Source: Escherichia phage ETEC-TG
Reading direction: 5' to 3' (one strand)
Length of the DNA: 64,000 bases
Sequence record: OR786310.1
The position numbers were made by a program, and so were the translations under genes. Shown piece by piece: positions 25,000-35,797 of this stretch; position 1 is the stretch's first letter; every line of letters starts with the position of its first letter. The notes below the pieces were generated by a model. That model ran no database searches and was not told where the DNA came from. It was given only the letters and a program-made list of their open reading frames with translations.

Positions 25000-27875
25000 T
25001 GTCAAGAGTTAAGCACAATATTGACAACACGTTTCAGTTGATTGAAGGGTTGGTTCAGTTTTTGGAAAGAAATACTGGTCTTACCATAGATCCTACGGTT
25101 CAGCACTACATTATCAACCCACAAAACGTATTGGCGAACAACAGACACTTTATTAACTGGACAGCGCAGGAAGGGCAACCAAACGGTGACGCTACTACCG
25201 AAGGTCAATCTGTGCTTATCACTGGTTTTGCTTATGCATATTTGGCTACAGGAGATAAAAAATATCTTGAATCTGCCGAGAAGTATTGGCAAGCCTATAT
25301 AGATCACTTCTTCGGGGGCCAACCTATTCCTGATCCTCCAGCTAAGTATCGTCCCAACTGGATCATCAATGGTAAAGAACCACGTTTAGCACACTACCCT
25401 CTCACAGATGATGGGTATCCTACGCACGGTGGGTTCAAAGGTAGCATGATGACTTGGATTAACGGAAGGACTGTTATTCCTAAAGGTGCGCCACATTGGG
25501 GAGAATACTTAGATAAAGCTTGGTTTGCTTTCAATGGTAATCTTGGTTGGAACTCTGTTAACGCAACAGTGTATGCAACTAACCCAGATGGTTCAACCAA
25601 CTGGAAAGAATATGGAGATCAGTGGGACGTTGAATGGATTATAGATCGTCTAGGACGTAAAGTTGATTGGGATGGTAACATTTTATCCACTGGGCATAGC
25701 TTTGCAGAATATGGAACAGTGCAACTTAAAAACGCTTCTGTGAACGGAGACTATAAATTCAACTACGCTACATGCAATCCTGTAGAACACGGTGGATATC
25801 TGCTTAAGCGTAATGAGATGTGGCATAACCGTCCTGTAAACGTTCCGGTAGAGTTAGGTTATCAAGACAATGCTTCCGATGCTGAAACGTGGTGGTGTGA
25901 TGCAAACTACTTGATGTATCAGATCACAGGAGAGAGAAAATACTGGCTTTGCTGGCAATCTTCTTTATTGTTGTGTCAAGACTACTCAAACATCGATATG
26001 TTTGATAAATTCTTCCGTAGATCTACGACAGCAATAATTCCTTTTACAGATGGTATCTCGTATGATTACTCATACCCATCTACAGCAATACCTAAATATT
26101 CTCGTGACGAGTTAGGATACACAGTAATTCGCCAAGATGTTGCAGCACAAACAACTCTAGAACAACAGGCAGTTTGGTTCAGAGTGGATCAGAATTCAAA
26201 ACTGCGTATTGAGTTTCAAGGCGTAGATGATGCAGGGGAAGGTGTTCTTTTCCGTCCAGAGTTAGAATTAAGCAAGACTAAGAGTGAAACAGACACAGTG
26301 ACATATCGTTGTGGCTTACCTCTTGGTGCAGCTAATATGACTAAGATGGATATACCTTTATCCAGTTTTATGCGCACTGAACCTCCTGGAGGTGGTGTAT
26401 ATATTATTGCTGAACCTAGAATCATTGTTGACTGGGGAAGCAATACTGTGATACAATATAAATATGCAACTGGTATTGCTGGGACAAATAGTGATCAGAT
26501 AGTTTCTGCTAATATGGATTCAGATGGTGGTTTTACTATTGGGTTTTGGTTAACACCAACTAAAACAACCAATTTAAAATCTATTACGTATCGTTCATAC
26601 GCAGATGATTTTAACATCACTATTACGGATTCCGCAGGTTGGAGATGGTGGGCCATGTTAGAAAAAACAAATTCTGCATGGGTTACTAAAGCTTTAAGTC
26701 CTGCTGATTTCAAATTAAGTACTTGGCAACCTAATCACAATGACACAGAGACAAAACCTTCGTCAATAAACCTGACTGCTGTTGATCAGATGAACATTGC
26801 ATTGGATTCTGAACCTGCAAATGGCTTGACAGGGGCAATCGACTTTTATTGCGTTAACGATATCCCATCTTTGTATTCTTCAGCCGCTGGTGATGATTAC
26901 ACAATGTATTTCAGGGTTACAGTTTCATCTGAAAATCCTTATACAGCAAAACTTGGAGATTGTACAATACTGGACTACAAACTTGACAGTTTGAATTATA
27001 CTCCAGGAATCATCCCATTTTCCAATATTAGTGATCCTAATACAGCATTATATGACGGTTGGCGTGGTATTCCTTACCCAGGTTATCAATACCCATCCTT
27101 ATATTGTTTTAAAGGGAGAGATATTGACTGGGTTCGTATGAACAACAGTATAGACTTTTTATATGATTCACAAATGTGGTTTTATAATAAGTTTGCCCCT
27201 GTAATGCCTGGGCCAATGGCACAAGCTTATGTTTGGGATCGTTGGGATGCTCATAAATATGGAAACAAAAATGAGTTCACAATGTATCATTGGAACGATA
27301 AAGCTTGGGATGGTTATGAAGCAAGAGCATTCTTCTGTGCGTGTCATACGGTATACGAACTAAAGCGACGAGGAGCCGAAGTTCCTGAAAAACTTTTAAC
27401 AGTTTGTAAAAACTGGATCAACTACCTGAAGTGGTTCCAAGATAACAACGAAGGAAGAACACCAACAATATTTTATCCCAACGGAGAAGTGGCTGCGCCT
27501 GTAGATGACTTTACAAGTCACATGTCTGCGCTCTTTATGGCGGGATGTGCTATAATGGGGATGGCTGGATATGATTCAGAAATTCCTAACATTAGAATAG
27601 TAGCAGATCGCTGTTTTGAACTTATTCAGGAAAACTATATTGTTCTTGGTCCTAATCACGTCATGAATGGTTGTTGGAGTGCTGCTCCTAGACCAGACAG
27701 TGATAACGGAGTCTTCTTTGGCTTCCACGCTGGAGAGTTGTTACGTGGTTTTGGGTTGTATGCTTTATACAAAAAACTTAATCCCCAAAATGCATTACCT
27801 GTTTTGGATTCGAGCAATATTCCTGCACTTACTGTTTTGACAATGGCAAACATTAGTGTGGACGTTACCGAGTAA
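24999..27875 (+). CDS. large baseplate/tail fibre-associated structural protein
   Basis: 958 aa in baseplate operon. Confidence 0.35.
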   Translation: MSRVKHNIDNTFQLIEGLVQFLERNTGLTIDPTVQHYIINPQNVLANNRHFINWTAQEGQPNGDATTEGQSVLITGFAYAYLATGDKKYLESAEKYWQAYIDHFFGGQPIPDPPAKYRPNWIINGKEPRLAHYPLTDDGYPTHGGFKGSMMTWINGRTVIPKGAPHWGEYLDKAWFAFNGNLGWNSVNATVYATNPDGSTNWKEYGDQWDVEWIIDRLGRKVDWDGNILSTGHSFAEYGTVQLKNASVNGDYKFNYATCNPVEHGGYLLKRNEMWHNRPVNVPVELGYQDNASDAETWWCDANYLMYQITGERKYWLCWQSSLLLCQDYSNIDMFDKFFRRSTTAIIPFTDGISYDYSYPSTAIPKYSRDELGYTVIRQDVAAQTTLEQQAVWFRVDQNSKLRIEFQGVDDAGEGVLFRPELELSKTKSETDTVTYRCGLPLGAANMTKMDIPLSSFMRTEPPGGGVYIIAEPRIIVDWGSNTVIQYKYATGIAGTNSDQIVSANMDSDGGFTIGFWLTPTKTTNLKSITYRSYADDFNITITDSAGWRWWAMLEKTNSAWVTKALSPADFKLSTWQPNHNDTETKPSSINLTAVDQMNIALDSEPANGLTGAIDFYCVNDIPSLYSSAAGDDYTMYFRVTVSSENPYTAKLGDCTILDYKLDSLNYTPGIIPFSNISDPNTALYDGWRGIPYPGYQYPSLYCFKGRDIDWVRMNNSIDFLYDSQMWFYNKFAPVMPGPMAQAYVWDRWDAHKYGNKNEFTMYHWNDKAWDGYEARAFFCACHTVYELKRRGAEVPEKLLTVCKNWINYLKWFQDNNEGRTPTIFYPNGEVAAPVDDFTSHMSALFMAGCAIMGMAGYDSEIPNIRIVADRCFELIQENYIVLGPNHVMNGCWSAAPRPDSDNGVFFGFHAGELLRGFGLYALYKKLNPQNALPVLDSSNIPALTVLTMANISVDVTE

Positions 27876-27883
27876 GGGGTAAA

Positions 27884-30037
27884 ATGAAACAAGCTATATT
27901 TACTGTCACGCGAGACAAGAGAGTAAATGCGAGTTCATTTAACTACACGACTGTTGACGGAACAGCAGTCGCTGGTAGAGATTATATTGCAAAATCGGGA
28001 ACACTTGTGTTCCCTGATGATGCTGATTCTGCTACTATTGTGGTTGAAGTATTTGAACGACCAAAGAACTCAATAGATCTTAACTTCTCCCTCCAAGTTT
28101 CAGGGATTAGTCAAAATAACATGATGGTTGAAACAACCATCAATTGTATTATAACTACTATCCAAGAAAATACTACTCCAATAACTTGGACTACAAAAGA
28201 CGTTAAAATGTTCTCTCCTATGTATTGGACAATAGATTCTCAAGCAACGGAAAGTTGTTCTATTGTATCTCATGGAGACTCTTTTACTGCAAGATTTGTA
28301 AACAGAACAACAGCAGGTTTGGCAGGGGTTATCTGGAGCACAGTTGACAAATATGACCATAAAGGTGTTGGGTATTTGCCTCACACAGATTTAAGTTCAG
28401 AGAAACTTTGGTTTAAAATGGAAATTAGTCAAAACATGCCAGGTTTTAAAGAAGAACCTTTGGTGCCGACTTTGACTGTAACTCTCCTGGATAAAAGTGT
28501 TCATTATGTCAGTTTAGGATTCTACGCTTCAGATATTTCAGAAGATGGTAAAACAGCCACAATAAAGTTAGATTTTGGTAATATCTTTTCTGGCCCTAAT
28601 AATGATATTCCTTTGGATATGAGTGCTGTAGATAATATTTTCTTCTCTTTGATTACAGCAAGGTATGAAAAAATAGAAGAGGTTGTACCTATTGACAGTC
28701 AAGAGGCTTGGTTTACTTTCACTCTTCTTGAACCTACTTCTGGTTACAGTATGATGAAAGTCAGCAACCTTGTCCAGCCTGAACATGATATTCGCATGTG
28801 CACATCTTATGATGATATGTATAACCTGACTCCAGAGAGAGTTATTTATAATACATATGCACTAGGTTATCGTGGAATGATTAACCATTACAACGGAATG
28901 TCTCACTATTATGAGTTCTCATGGAACGGAACATCTTGGGCTTTAAATAGATCTGTTTTCCTGAATCCGGCTACAGAAGCTTGGCTAAATAGTTTCCATT
29001 CTATAGCAAACGAGAAGGGCTACACGATAATGAACTCTTTAAGTTTTGAATTGATGAGCACAGTTTGTCCTGTAGAATGGGTCCAGCATGATTGGAACGA
29101 TGCTCTTGCAGCAACAGGGTATGAACCTCCTAGTTATGTGTTGTCTCCAACTATTGACGAAGGTATGGAATATTTGCAAAATGTTATTAACAAAATAGCA
29201 TCTATTTCGCAAGCTAATAATATTCCAGTTGTCATTCAAATTGGTGAGCCTTGGTGGTGGTATAATACAGCAAGTAAAATGCCTTGCATATATGATTACA
29301 CTACCAAACTGGCATTCAACACAGAAACAGGCTTATTTGCACAAGATGCAGGAACAATAGATAATTATAAAACAGGAACACCGTTTGACGAATACTATGC
29401 ATTTTTGTCTCGTAAACTAGGGTTAAGAGTTACAAAGTTTGCAACAGACACTAGAGCAACTTATCCAGGAGCTAAAGTAACATTGCTGCCATTCTTACCA
29501 TCAATTATCGGCAATGGTTTAATGGAGAAAGTTAACTTTCCGTCTGATTACTACATTCCTGAAGCTTTTGATTTTTATTGTTCAGAGTGTTACGACTGGC
29601 TTCTGGAAGGTAAAATGATGAAAGCATTTGATGCAATTACCATACCACATGAAAAATTAGGTTTTGAATATTCTGATATTCACTATCTTGCAGGTTTTGT
29701 TCCAGATGCTACTCTTGCACCTTTGTATGGCTTTGATCCTGAATCAAACTACCGCACGTATCTTTGGAAAATGATTATAGGTAACATAGTGTTGAACGCC
29801 AATAAGTTCAATGGACTTACACAATATATATGGGCCTATCCTCAAATAATGCACGATTCTATCACGGTAGTTAATTCTCAATCCCAAGTTTTCTATATGG
29901 GTAACGTGCCTTTGAACGCTTATTTACAGGATATCACTCTTAAACAGGTAAATGTTGAGATTGCCACCATAAGTGGAATTACATTAGCCACTAAATCTGG
30001 AGAAGATTTAGTAACAACACAAAAATTTTATATATAG
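27884..30037 (+). CDS. tail-associated protein with N-terminal Calx-beta-like domain
   Basis: N-terminus NYTTVDGTAVAGRDYIAKSGTLVF matches Calx-beta signature by eye. Confidence 0.4.
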   Translation: MKQAIFTVTRDKRVNASSFNYTTVDGTAVAGRDYIAKSGTLVFPDDADSATIVVEVFERPKNSIDLNFSLQVSGISQNNMMVETTINCIITTIQENTTPITWTTKDVKMFSPMYWTIDSQATESCSIVSHGDSFTARFVNRTTAGLAGVIWSTVDKYDHKGVGYLPHTDLSSEKLWFKMEISQNMPGFKEEPLVPTLTVTLLDKSVHYVSLGFYASDISEDGKTATIKLDFGNIFSGPNNDIPLDMSAVDNIFFSLITARYEKIEEVVPIDSQEAWFTFTLLEPTSGYSMMKVSNLVQPEHDIRMCTSYDDMYNLTPERVIYNTYALGYRGMINHYNGMSHYYEFSWNGTSWALNRSVFLNPATEAWLNSFHSIANEKGYTIMNSLSFELMSTVCPVEWVQHDWNDALAATGYEPPSYVLSPTIDEGMEYLQNVINKIASISQANNIPVVIQIGEPWWWYNTASKMPCIYDYTTKLAFNTETGLFAQDAGTIDNYKTGTPFDEYYAFLSRKLGLRVTKFATDTRATYPGAKVTLLPFLPSIIGNGLMEKVNFPSDYYIPEAFDFYCSECYDWLLEGKMMKAFDAITIPHEKLGFEYSDIHYLAGFVPDATLAPLYGFDPESNYRTYLWKMIIGNIVLNANKFNGLTQYIWAYPQIMHDSITVVNSQSQVFYMGNVPLNAYLQDITLKQVNVEIATISGITLATKSGEDLVTTQKFYI

Positions 30038-30045
30038 GAGTAAAA

Positions 30046-32298
30046 ATGTCAACTACAATTACTAATTTACCCGAAACATCAAAAGTTAATGGTTCTGATT
30101 ACCTGGTTTTAGACCAACCTGATAAGACTGTTAAAAGCACAGTTTCCAACTTTCTTACTGACACTGGGGTGGTTTTAGCCACCCAGTTGAAAGATACAGA
30201 TGGAGCTACCAAGTATCCAGAACTTCAGATTGCACGCTGGCGAGACGAGGGAGATATCAGAGGGTGGGGCACGGAAACAAACGGTGATGTTACCGAAGCA
30301 ATCATTGAGGCGGTAGCGGCGACAAGCGGCACTATCATTGTGCCACCTGGTGACTATGTTGCCACACCTACGCTGGCCGAAGTTCCGGCTGTGCTGAAAT
30401 TGCTGTCCCGCGCTGATTTTCGTGGCAGGTTGACCATTAATCTGCCAGCTGGGACGGTCAATCTGAACGAGCAGACAGTCATAAATTCTAACAGGAGTAA
30501 TCTGTGCAAGGTCATTGGCGTAGCGCTAAACACGAGCGTTACAGGGCTTGTTTCTGTAGCTGGGTCAAGCAAGCAATATTCGATAACTCTGTCCCTGGCA
30601 GATGCCTCGCAGGTGTCAGTCGGTGACTATGCCATCTTCAGGCACGATCTGACGGGAACTGGTTTTTTCCACATACACTGCGGGGGCTGGCGGGTAACGG
30701 CTGTGTCCGGCAATAACGTGACCGTGCTCAACACATGCGTCTTGGATTCATTCCCTTCGTCAACCGTTACCGGTGGATCAGTCTCCATTATCAAGTCCGT
30801 TCTGAAATACACCGGCTGTGATGGGATTAGACCGGAGGGCGGCGACTGTATCGGAATTATTGATAATGTCGCCATCGTGGGTGATTACAACCTTGCTACC
30901 GGCGCAGGGACAATCGGTGCTCACGGCGTAATATCCTCAACACCCGTAGTAGTCACCGACGCCGCCAACGCATCCAACAACGTAGCGAATATGGCGGCAG
31001 CGCTGGCCCTGGGACGAAATATTGCAATCAGTGCCTGGGGTGAGCAAGGGCTGGCAGTGTCGGGTCGCTCTGCGCTTGTGTGTAACTTCATCGCATCCTG
31101 TGCCAACCGTAAGCGTGGTATTTATGCGGAAGGTGCTCATATACGCGGGAAATTTATGATCGCCTCCGGAAACGGAGAGGACGGCATTATTTCAGATACC
31201 ACTGGATTTGTGCAGGCTGCATATGCCGTTTGCTCGGGTAACGGATTAAACGGGTTCTGGTCAACAAACCTCTCTCTTATTGCGGCGGCAAGGGGAGTGG
31301 CTTGCTGTAACAAAACAAATGGTGTGGAGGCAAGGGGGCAGACAAGGCTCGCATTTGATCTCGGCCTTTCCTACGGAAACGTTCTAAACGGTGTCAGCGC
31401 CTCTGATGGGGGCATGATTGACTTTGATGGCGGCATGTCAAGAGACAATCTCGTTGACGGGATCGCAGCGACATACAATGCAGTAGTTGACGCGAACAAC
31501 GCCTCCAGTACCACCAATGGTCGTTACGGTACTAACGTGACCTCCGCGTGCATTATCATTTCAGGGACTGGTACTATATCTGGGAATACAGGGGCGGATG
31601 TTCGTGATAACGGCAATGGGATGGTTGTCCGACCAGACGGCACGATCTACCCATTCACTGGGGTCGCACAGGGTAATCTGTCGCTAAGAAACACCGTCAG
31701 CGGCGCGGGGGTTGACATTGTTCCTACAAGTATAGGTGACTTAATTCTGAGCTTTAAAAACTCAGCAGGCGGAACGCTTAACCCGTTATACAACTTCAAA
31801 GCCGACGGTACTCAGTACCCTCAAAATGACGCGACGCAAAGCCTTGGGCGTGCCGCTAACCGATACAATGTCGGTTTCTTCGCTGGCGGAACACAGTCAA
31901 CTTCAGATGCCACACTTAAAGACCCTATCCGGGAGTTCAATCAGGCCGAACTTAATGCAGCAATGCGAATCGCAAAAATGCTGGGTTTCTGGACATGGCT
32001 GGATGATGCCGGAAAACGGCTTCATGCAGGGACAACAGTGCAAGCGGTACTGGAGGTGCTGGAAGAAGAGGGACTCGACTGGCGTAACTATGGTTTCATC
32101 GGATTTGATGAGTGGGATGATGAATATATCCCAGTAACCATTGAGGTAGATGGCGAAGTCGTTGAAACAGGGGAAACGAAATTAGTGCGTGAGGCTGGTT
32201 CTGTCTGGCAACTGCGCGATCAGGAATTTGACCGTTTCGTTATGCGTGGACTTTCTGAAAGGCTGAGTATTATAGAAAGTAAGCTGGATTTACTGTAA
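30046..32298 (+). CDS. tailspike / receptor-binding protein with C-terminal intramolecular chaperone domain
   Basis: Gly/Asn/Val-rich beta-helix-like repeats; STSDATLKDPIREF (S620-D621) resembles the S74 chaperone autocleavage motif; body is GC-rich relative to the genome. Confidence 0.5.
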   Translation: MSTTITNLPETSKVNGSDYLVLDQPDKTVKSTVSNFLTDTGVVLATQLKDTDGATKYPELQIARWRDEGDIRGWGTETNGDVTEAIIEAVAATSGTIIVPPGDYVATPTLAEVPAVLKLLSRADFRGRLTINLPAGTVNLNEQTVINSNRSNLCKVIGVALNTSVTGLVSVAGSSKQYSITLSLADASQVSVGDYAIFRHDLTGTGFFHIHCGGWRVTAVSGNNVTVLNTCVLDSFPSSTVTGGSVSIIKSVLKYTGCDGIRPEGGDCIGIIDNVAIVGDYNLATGAGTIGAHGVISSTPVVVTDAANASNNVANMAAALALGRNIAISAWGEQGLAVSGRSALVCNFIASCANRKRGIYAEGAHIRGKFMIASGNGEDGIISDTTGFVQAAYAVCSGNGLNGFWSTNLSLIAAARGVACCNKTNGVEARGQTRLAFDLGLSYGNVLNGVSASDGGMIDFDGGMSRDNLVDGIAATYNAVVDANNASSTTNGRYGTNVTSACIIISGTGTISGNTGADVRDNGNGMVVRPDGTIYPFTGVAQGNLSLRNTVSGAGVDIVPTSIGDLILSFKNSAGGTLNPLYNFKADGTQYPQNDATQSLGRAANRYNVGFFAGGTQSTSDATLKDPIREFNQAELNAAMRIAKMLGFWTWLDDAGKRLHAGTTVQAVLEVLEEEGLDWRNYGFIGFDEWDDEYIPVTIEVDGEVVETGETKLVREAGSVWQLRDQEFDRFVMRGLSERLSIIESKLDLL

Positions 32299-32364
32299 TT
32301 AAGAGCCGCTATCTCCTACTATGATGGCGGCAACCTTAAAATATTTACGTGGGGGAGCCACCTA

Positions 32365-32607
32365 ATGAGAAAATTTTTAATAGGTATGTTTTGTACATAT
32401 CCTGATAATAAAGTCAGTTCTACGAAAGTCTGGAACGCTGTAGGTATGTCGGTTATGACAGGCATGTTTATCTTTTTAGGAATAGAAAAAGAAATTCCTG
32501 AATGGATGGGTTGGGCTTTTGTTTTCATGATAACTCCTTCTCGCCTCATGAAAAATCTTATTGATTTACGCTGGGGCAGATCACAATCTACCAAAGAGGA
32601 TGACTAA
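32365..32607 (+). CDS. small membrane protein, holin-like (two TM segments)
   Basis: 80 aa, two hydrophobic helices, charged C-terminus RWGRSQSTKEDD, GGGGGA RBS. Confidence 0.35.
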   Translation: MRKFLIGMFCTYPDNKVSSTKVWNAVGMSVMTGMFIFLGIEKEIPEWMGWAFVFMITPSRLMKNLIDLRWGRSQSTKEDD

Positions 32608-34094
32608 TGGACGAATATGGTTTGACAGATGCGGGATTTGTAATCCCGACTTTTGACGATGTTTTAAACAACTACATGACAGCAGTAAAAAACACATTTG
32701 GTGCAGATGCAGCCACTTCGGAAGATACTGTGATCGGACAACTGTTTAGAATAATTGCATACACAGATTACACATTGTGGGAAGGTATGCAAGGTGTTTA
32801 TAATACTCAAACACTAGATGGTGCAGAAGGTATTTATCTTGACGAAATCTTTTCTAAACGCGGTTTCTATCGAGCAGGGGCAGCAGCAAGTACAGGGTAT
32901 GCCTATGTTAAGAGTAATAACAAAGCAGCTTGGACTTATGAGTTAGGCACAGATATTTACTTCAACTCTGATAGTGATATGAACTACTATGTTAGCACAC
33001 CAACTATGTTGAATGCTAAGATTGCAGCTTATCAAATCTCCCGTGCTAATGCAACAGCTACAGGTGTTCCAAATATTACTTTTTATGCACAAAGTGCGGT
33101 AGATGGAGGATTAAACAGTAAAACACTTGCACCTGGTTCTTCTACATTTATAACCGATCTTGAAACTTTTATCAAGGCGAATTTAACAGAAGCTGATCGT
33201 AGTCTTGTATTTTCTGATTCAGGTAACTTGTCAATTGGTTTTACTTCTTTAACCAGTGATACTCCAGTGGGACTAGTAACTCCTATCAAATTTTATGCCA
33301 GTGTTCCAGTTGGAACCAAATGGAGTGAAATTCCAGTAGTTGCAGCAGAGAAAGGATACAATCCTGTTGGTGTGGAGTCTATTACAGGGATATCTTCTAC
33401 CTTTACAGGTTATCTTGACAGTGGTAACTTTTATTCGTTTTCTCCTGGTCGGGATGTTGAGACAGACGCAGAATTCCGCTCTCGTTTCAATGACAACGTT
33501 GATGAAGCTAACGCAGGGACACGAGCAGCTATTGTGAAAGCTCTGTTACTTACAGATGGTGTCACTAAGGTGAAGATTTATGATAACCCTACGTTACATG
33601 ATCAAGAACACGCTCCGGCTATGACTTTCCAGACTATAGTGTATGGTGGCAGTGCAGAAGAAATTGCAAATGTTATCTATAAAACCAAACCAATCAACAC
33701 TTTGACACACGGAACAACTAACATAACAGTTACAACAGAAGATGGAGGACAAGAAATTATTCGCTTCTCTCCTGGTGCTTCTGCTATGTATTCCGTAAAA
33801 CTTGTTTATCAAACTGTCAACGGAACAACTTTAAGTGGAACAGAAAAACAAAACATCGTAGAAGCTTTACAAAACCTGCAAGCTTACTTTGAGTTAGGTT
33901 CTTCAGTAACAAACGATCAAATCAAAGGTGTTATTTATGCAGCACTTGCTTTTGGACGCTTGACTTCTCTTCGTGTTTATGTTAAACTTAATACTGAGGA
34001 TGACAGTAAATATACAGAGAATAATATAGTTCCTGCTTATAATGTTGTCCCTTCTTTTGACCTTGATAACATTTCTTACGAGTATGGAGTGTAA
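32607..34094 (+). CDS. baseplate J-like protein (putative)
   Basis: 495 aa, position, stop/start coupling. Confidence 0.4.
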   Translation: MDEYGLTDAGFVIPTFDDVLNNYMTAVKNTFGADAATSEDTVIGQLFRIIAYTDYTLWEGMQGVYNTQTLDGAEGIYLDEIFSKRGFYRAGAAASTGYAYVKSNNKAAWTYELGTDIYFNSDSDMNYYVSTPTMLNAKIAAYQISRANATATGVPNITFYAQSAVDGGLNSKTLAPGSSTFITDLETFIKANLTEADRSLVFSDSGNLSIGFTSLTSDTPVGLVTPIKFYASVPVGTKWSEIPVVAAEKGYNPVGVESITGISSTFTGYLDSGNFYSFSPGRDVETDAEFRSRFNDNVDEANAGTRAAIVKALLLTDGVTKVKIYDNPTLHDQEHAPAMTFQTIVYGGSAEEIANVIYKTKPINTLTHGTTNITVTTEDGGQEIIRFSPGASAMYSVKLVYQTVNGTTLSGTEKQNIVEALQNLQAYFELGSSVTNDQIKGVIYAALAFGRLTSLRVYVKLNTEDDSKYTENNIVPAYNVVPSFDLDNISYEYGV

Positions 34095-34096
34095 AA

Positions 34097-34726
34097 ATGG
34101 CAGTGAGTGTTGACCATGTAACAACTTGGGCCAGTATCAATGAAGATGTTAAAAACCTTCTGATTGAAGATTTTAAATCTTCTCCTAACATTGTCAAGCT
34201 CCTCTACATCGTATCCAGTGAAAAGCAAAAGATAGATCAGGCAATGATCTATCTTGCTAAACACCGCTTGATCTCTACAGCCACAGGCAAATACCTAGAT
34301 ATTCTAGGGGAAGAAATGGGGATCGAACGTAATGGCTCTGATGATGAAGAGTATAGAACAATATTAAAAATCAGGGCTTACCGCGTAGCCTCATCGGGGA
34401 CTCGTGGTGACATAATTGATATCTTCGCCCGTTTCACAGGAACAGAGCGTGAAACGCTTAATACTTACGTAGGTTTGAATAAAACCTTTGATGTGTTTTT
34501 CTACAACCTGTGTCTTCAATCTGATCAAGCTTTAGAGCAGTTGCTAAGTGTTTTCCCTATTATTAGTAGCTACCGTCTTGGAGCAAAAGCAGGATCAGCT
34601 TTTGGTTTTAGTTCTTATTATGCTACCAAACCGCCTCATGGTATTGGTGGTTTAGGTTCCCTGTACATGGAATCTACTGGGGATGAAACAGGACGCATGT
34701 GTACGCTTCTCAAGCAAATAGATTAA
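34097..34726 (+). CDS. baseplate/tail fibre assembly protein (putative)
   Basis: Position. Confidence 0.3.
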   Translation: MAVSVDHVTTWASINEDVKNLLIEDFKSSPNIVKLLYIVSSEKQKIDQAMIYLAKHRLISTATGKYLDILGEEMGIERNGSDDEEYRTILKIRAYRVASSGTRGDIIDIFARFTGTERETLNTYVGLNKTFDVFFYNLCLQSDQALEQLLSVFPIISSYRLGAKAGSAFGFSSYYATKPPHGIGGLGSLYMESTGDETGRMCTLLKQID

Positions 34727-34735
34727 GGAGTTTAA

Positions 34736-35797
34736 ATGGCGAAGCCAATATATTATCCTGACTGGGCTACACAAACTGTAACGCTCCCAGGAACTTTAAA
34801 CACAAACAAAATTAGACCTAAAGAAACGATCCGCACAGTTGGTATGGATTATGGTCAAATCATGACTTGCGAAGAAATGAACTGGATTCTTAATAATATC
34901 GGTTTATGGATTCGCTATTTGGTGGATGACTTTCTTCCAACTTTACCTAATACCTACTTGCCTTTAGTGGGAACTAAGATTACAATGGCAGGTGATGCTA
35001 CTGGTGAGGCTACTTGGAACGGTAACAAAGAAGTTACTTTATCTATCCAGGTTCAAGATAACAGTCATAATCACTTGTCGGCAAACATTACAGATGCCAC
35101 TAGTTCAACAGTAACACCAAACGTGCTGGTAAAACGTGATGCGGGTGGTGCTATTTATGGTGGCGATGTTTATGTTAACGGTACTTCCACAACAGATCCT
35201 GCAACACTGTTCTTCAAAAACTTTGCAGGACAAACAAATGGTGAGATTTCTGCCGAGTATCAAAGCGGAGGTCAGCTTTATATTTATCGTAGAAATCCTA
35301 GCACAGGTAGTGTATCGGCAGGTGTTCGTTTATATGATGCAGGTTATGTTCTAATAGATAATCCAAGATCAAACAGTGGACAAGATACTTCTAACGGAAA
35401 TGCTTTAGTTCGTTTAGATTATCTGAACTCTCGTTTGACTTCCCTTCAGAACACATTGCAGACGAATATTAACACTGTTCAAAACAACTTGAATAATGTT
35501 AACAACAACCTCTCTTCTCGTATAAACAATGTAGAAAGTAATCATCAAAGTCAGATTACAAATAACTACAACTATGCTAACGGAACCTTTGTAAGAGATA
35601 TTCGTTATACTAGCCAAGGTGTGTATTATCCACCAGGGAACGAGGTTTCTTGGACTTATATCTGTTCTTCTGGTTATGTTCTTTCTGGTATTATCGTACA
35701 GGAAACAGGACGTAGCTCTGCGGATAACATCGGTGGGGTTTACTTCAAACGCCTCCAGCGCAACGTTAACGGAAACTGGTACGATATTGGAGGCTAA
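34736..35797 (+). CDS. tail fibre protein (putative)
   Basis: Asn/Gly/Thr/Ser-rich with NNLNNVNNNL repeats. Confidence 0.4.
   Translation: MAKPIYYPDWATQTVTLPGTLNTNKIRPKETIRTVGMDYGQIMTCEEMNWILNNIGLWIRYLVDDFLPTLPNTYLPLVGTKITMAGDATGEATWNGNKEVTLSIQVQDNSHNHLSANITDATSSTVTPNVLVKRDAGGAIYGGDVYVNGTSTTDPATLFFKNFAGQTNGEISAEYQSGGQLYIYRRNPSTGSVSAGVRLYDAGYVLIDNPRSNSGQDTSNGNALVRLDYLNSRLTSLQNTLQTNINTVQNNLNNVNNNLSSRINNVESNHQSQITNNYNYANGTFVRDIRYTSQGVYYPPGNEVSWTYICSSGYVLSGIIVQETGRSSADNIGGVYFKRLQRNVNGNWYDIGG

Noticed and set aside
30354-31140. Several 60-80-aa minus-strand ORFs inside the tailspike gene
   Set aside because: They arise from the GC-rich composition of the acquired tailspike segment; no RBS; wholly antisense.
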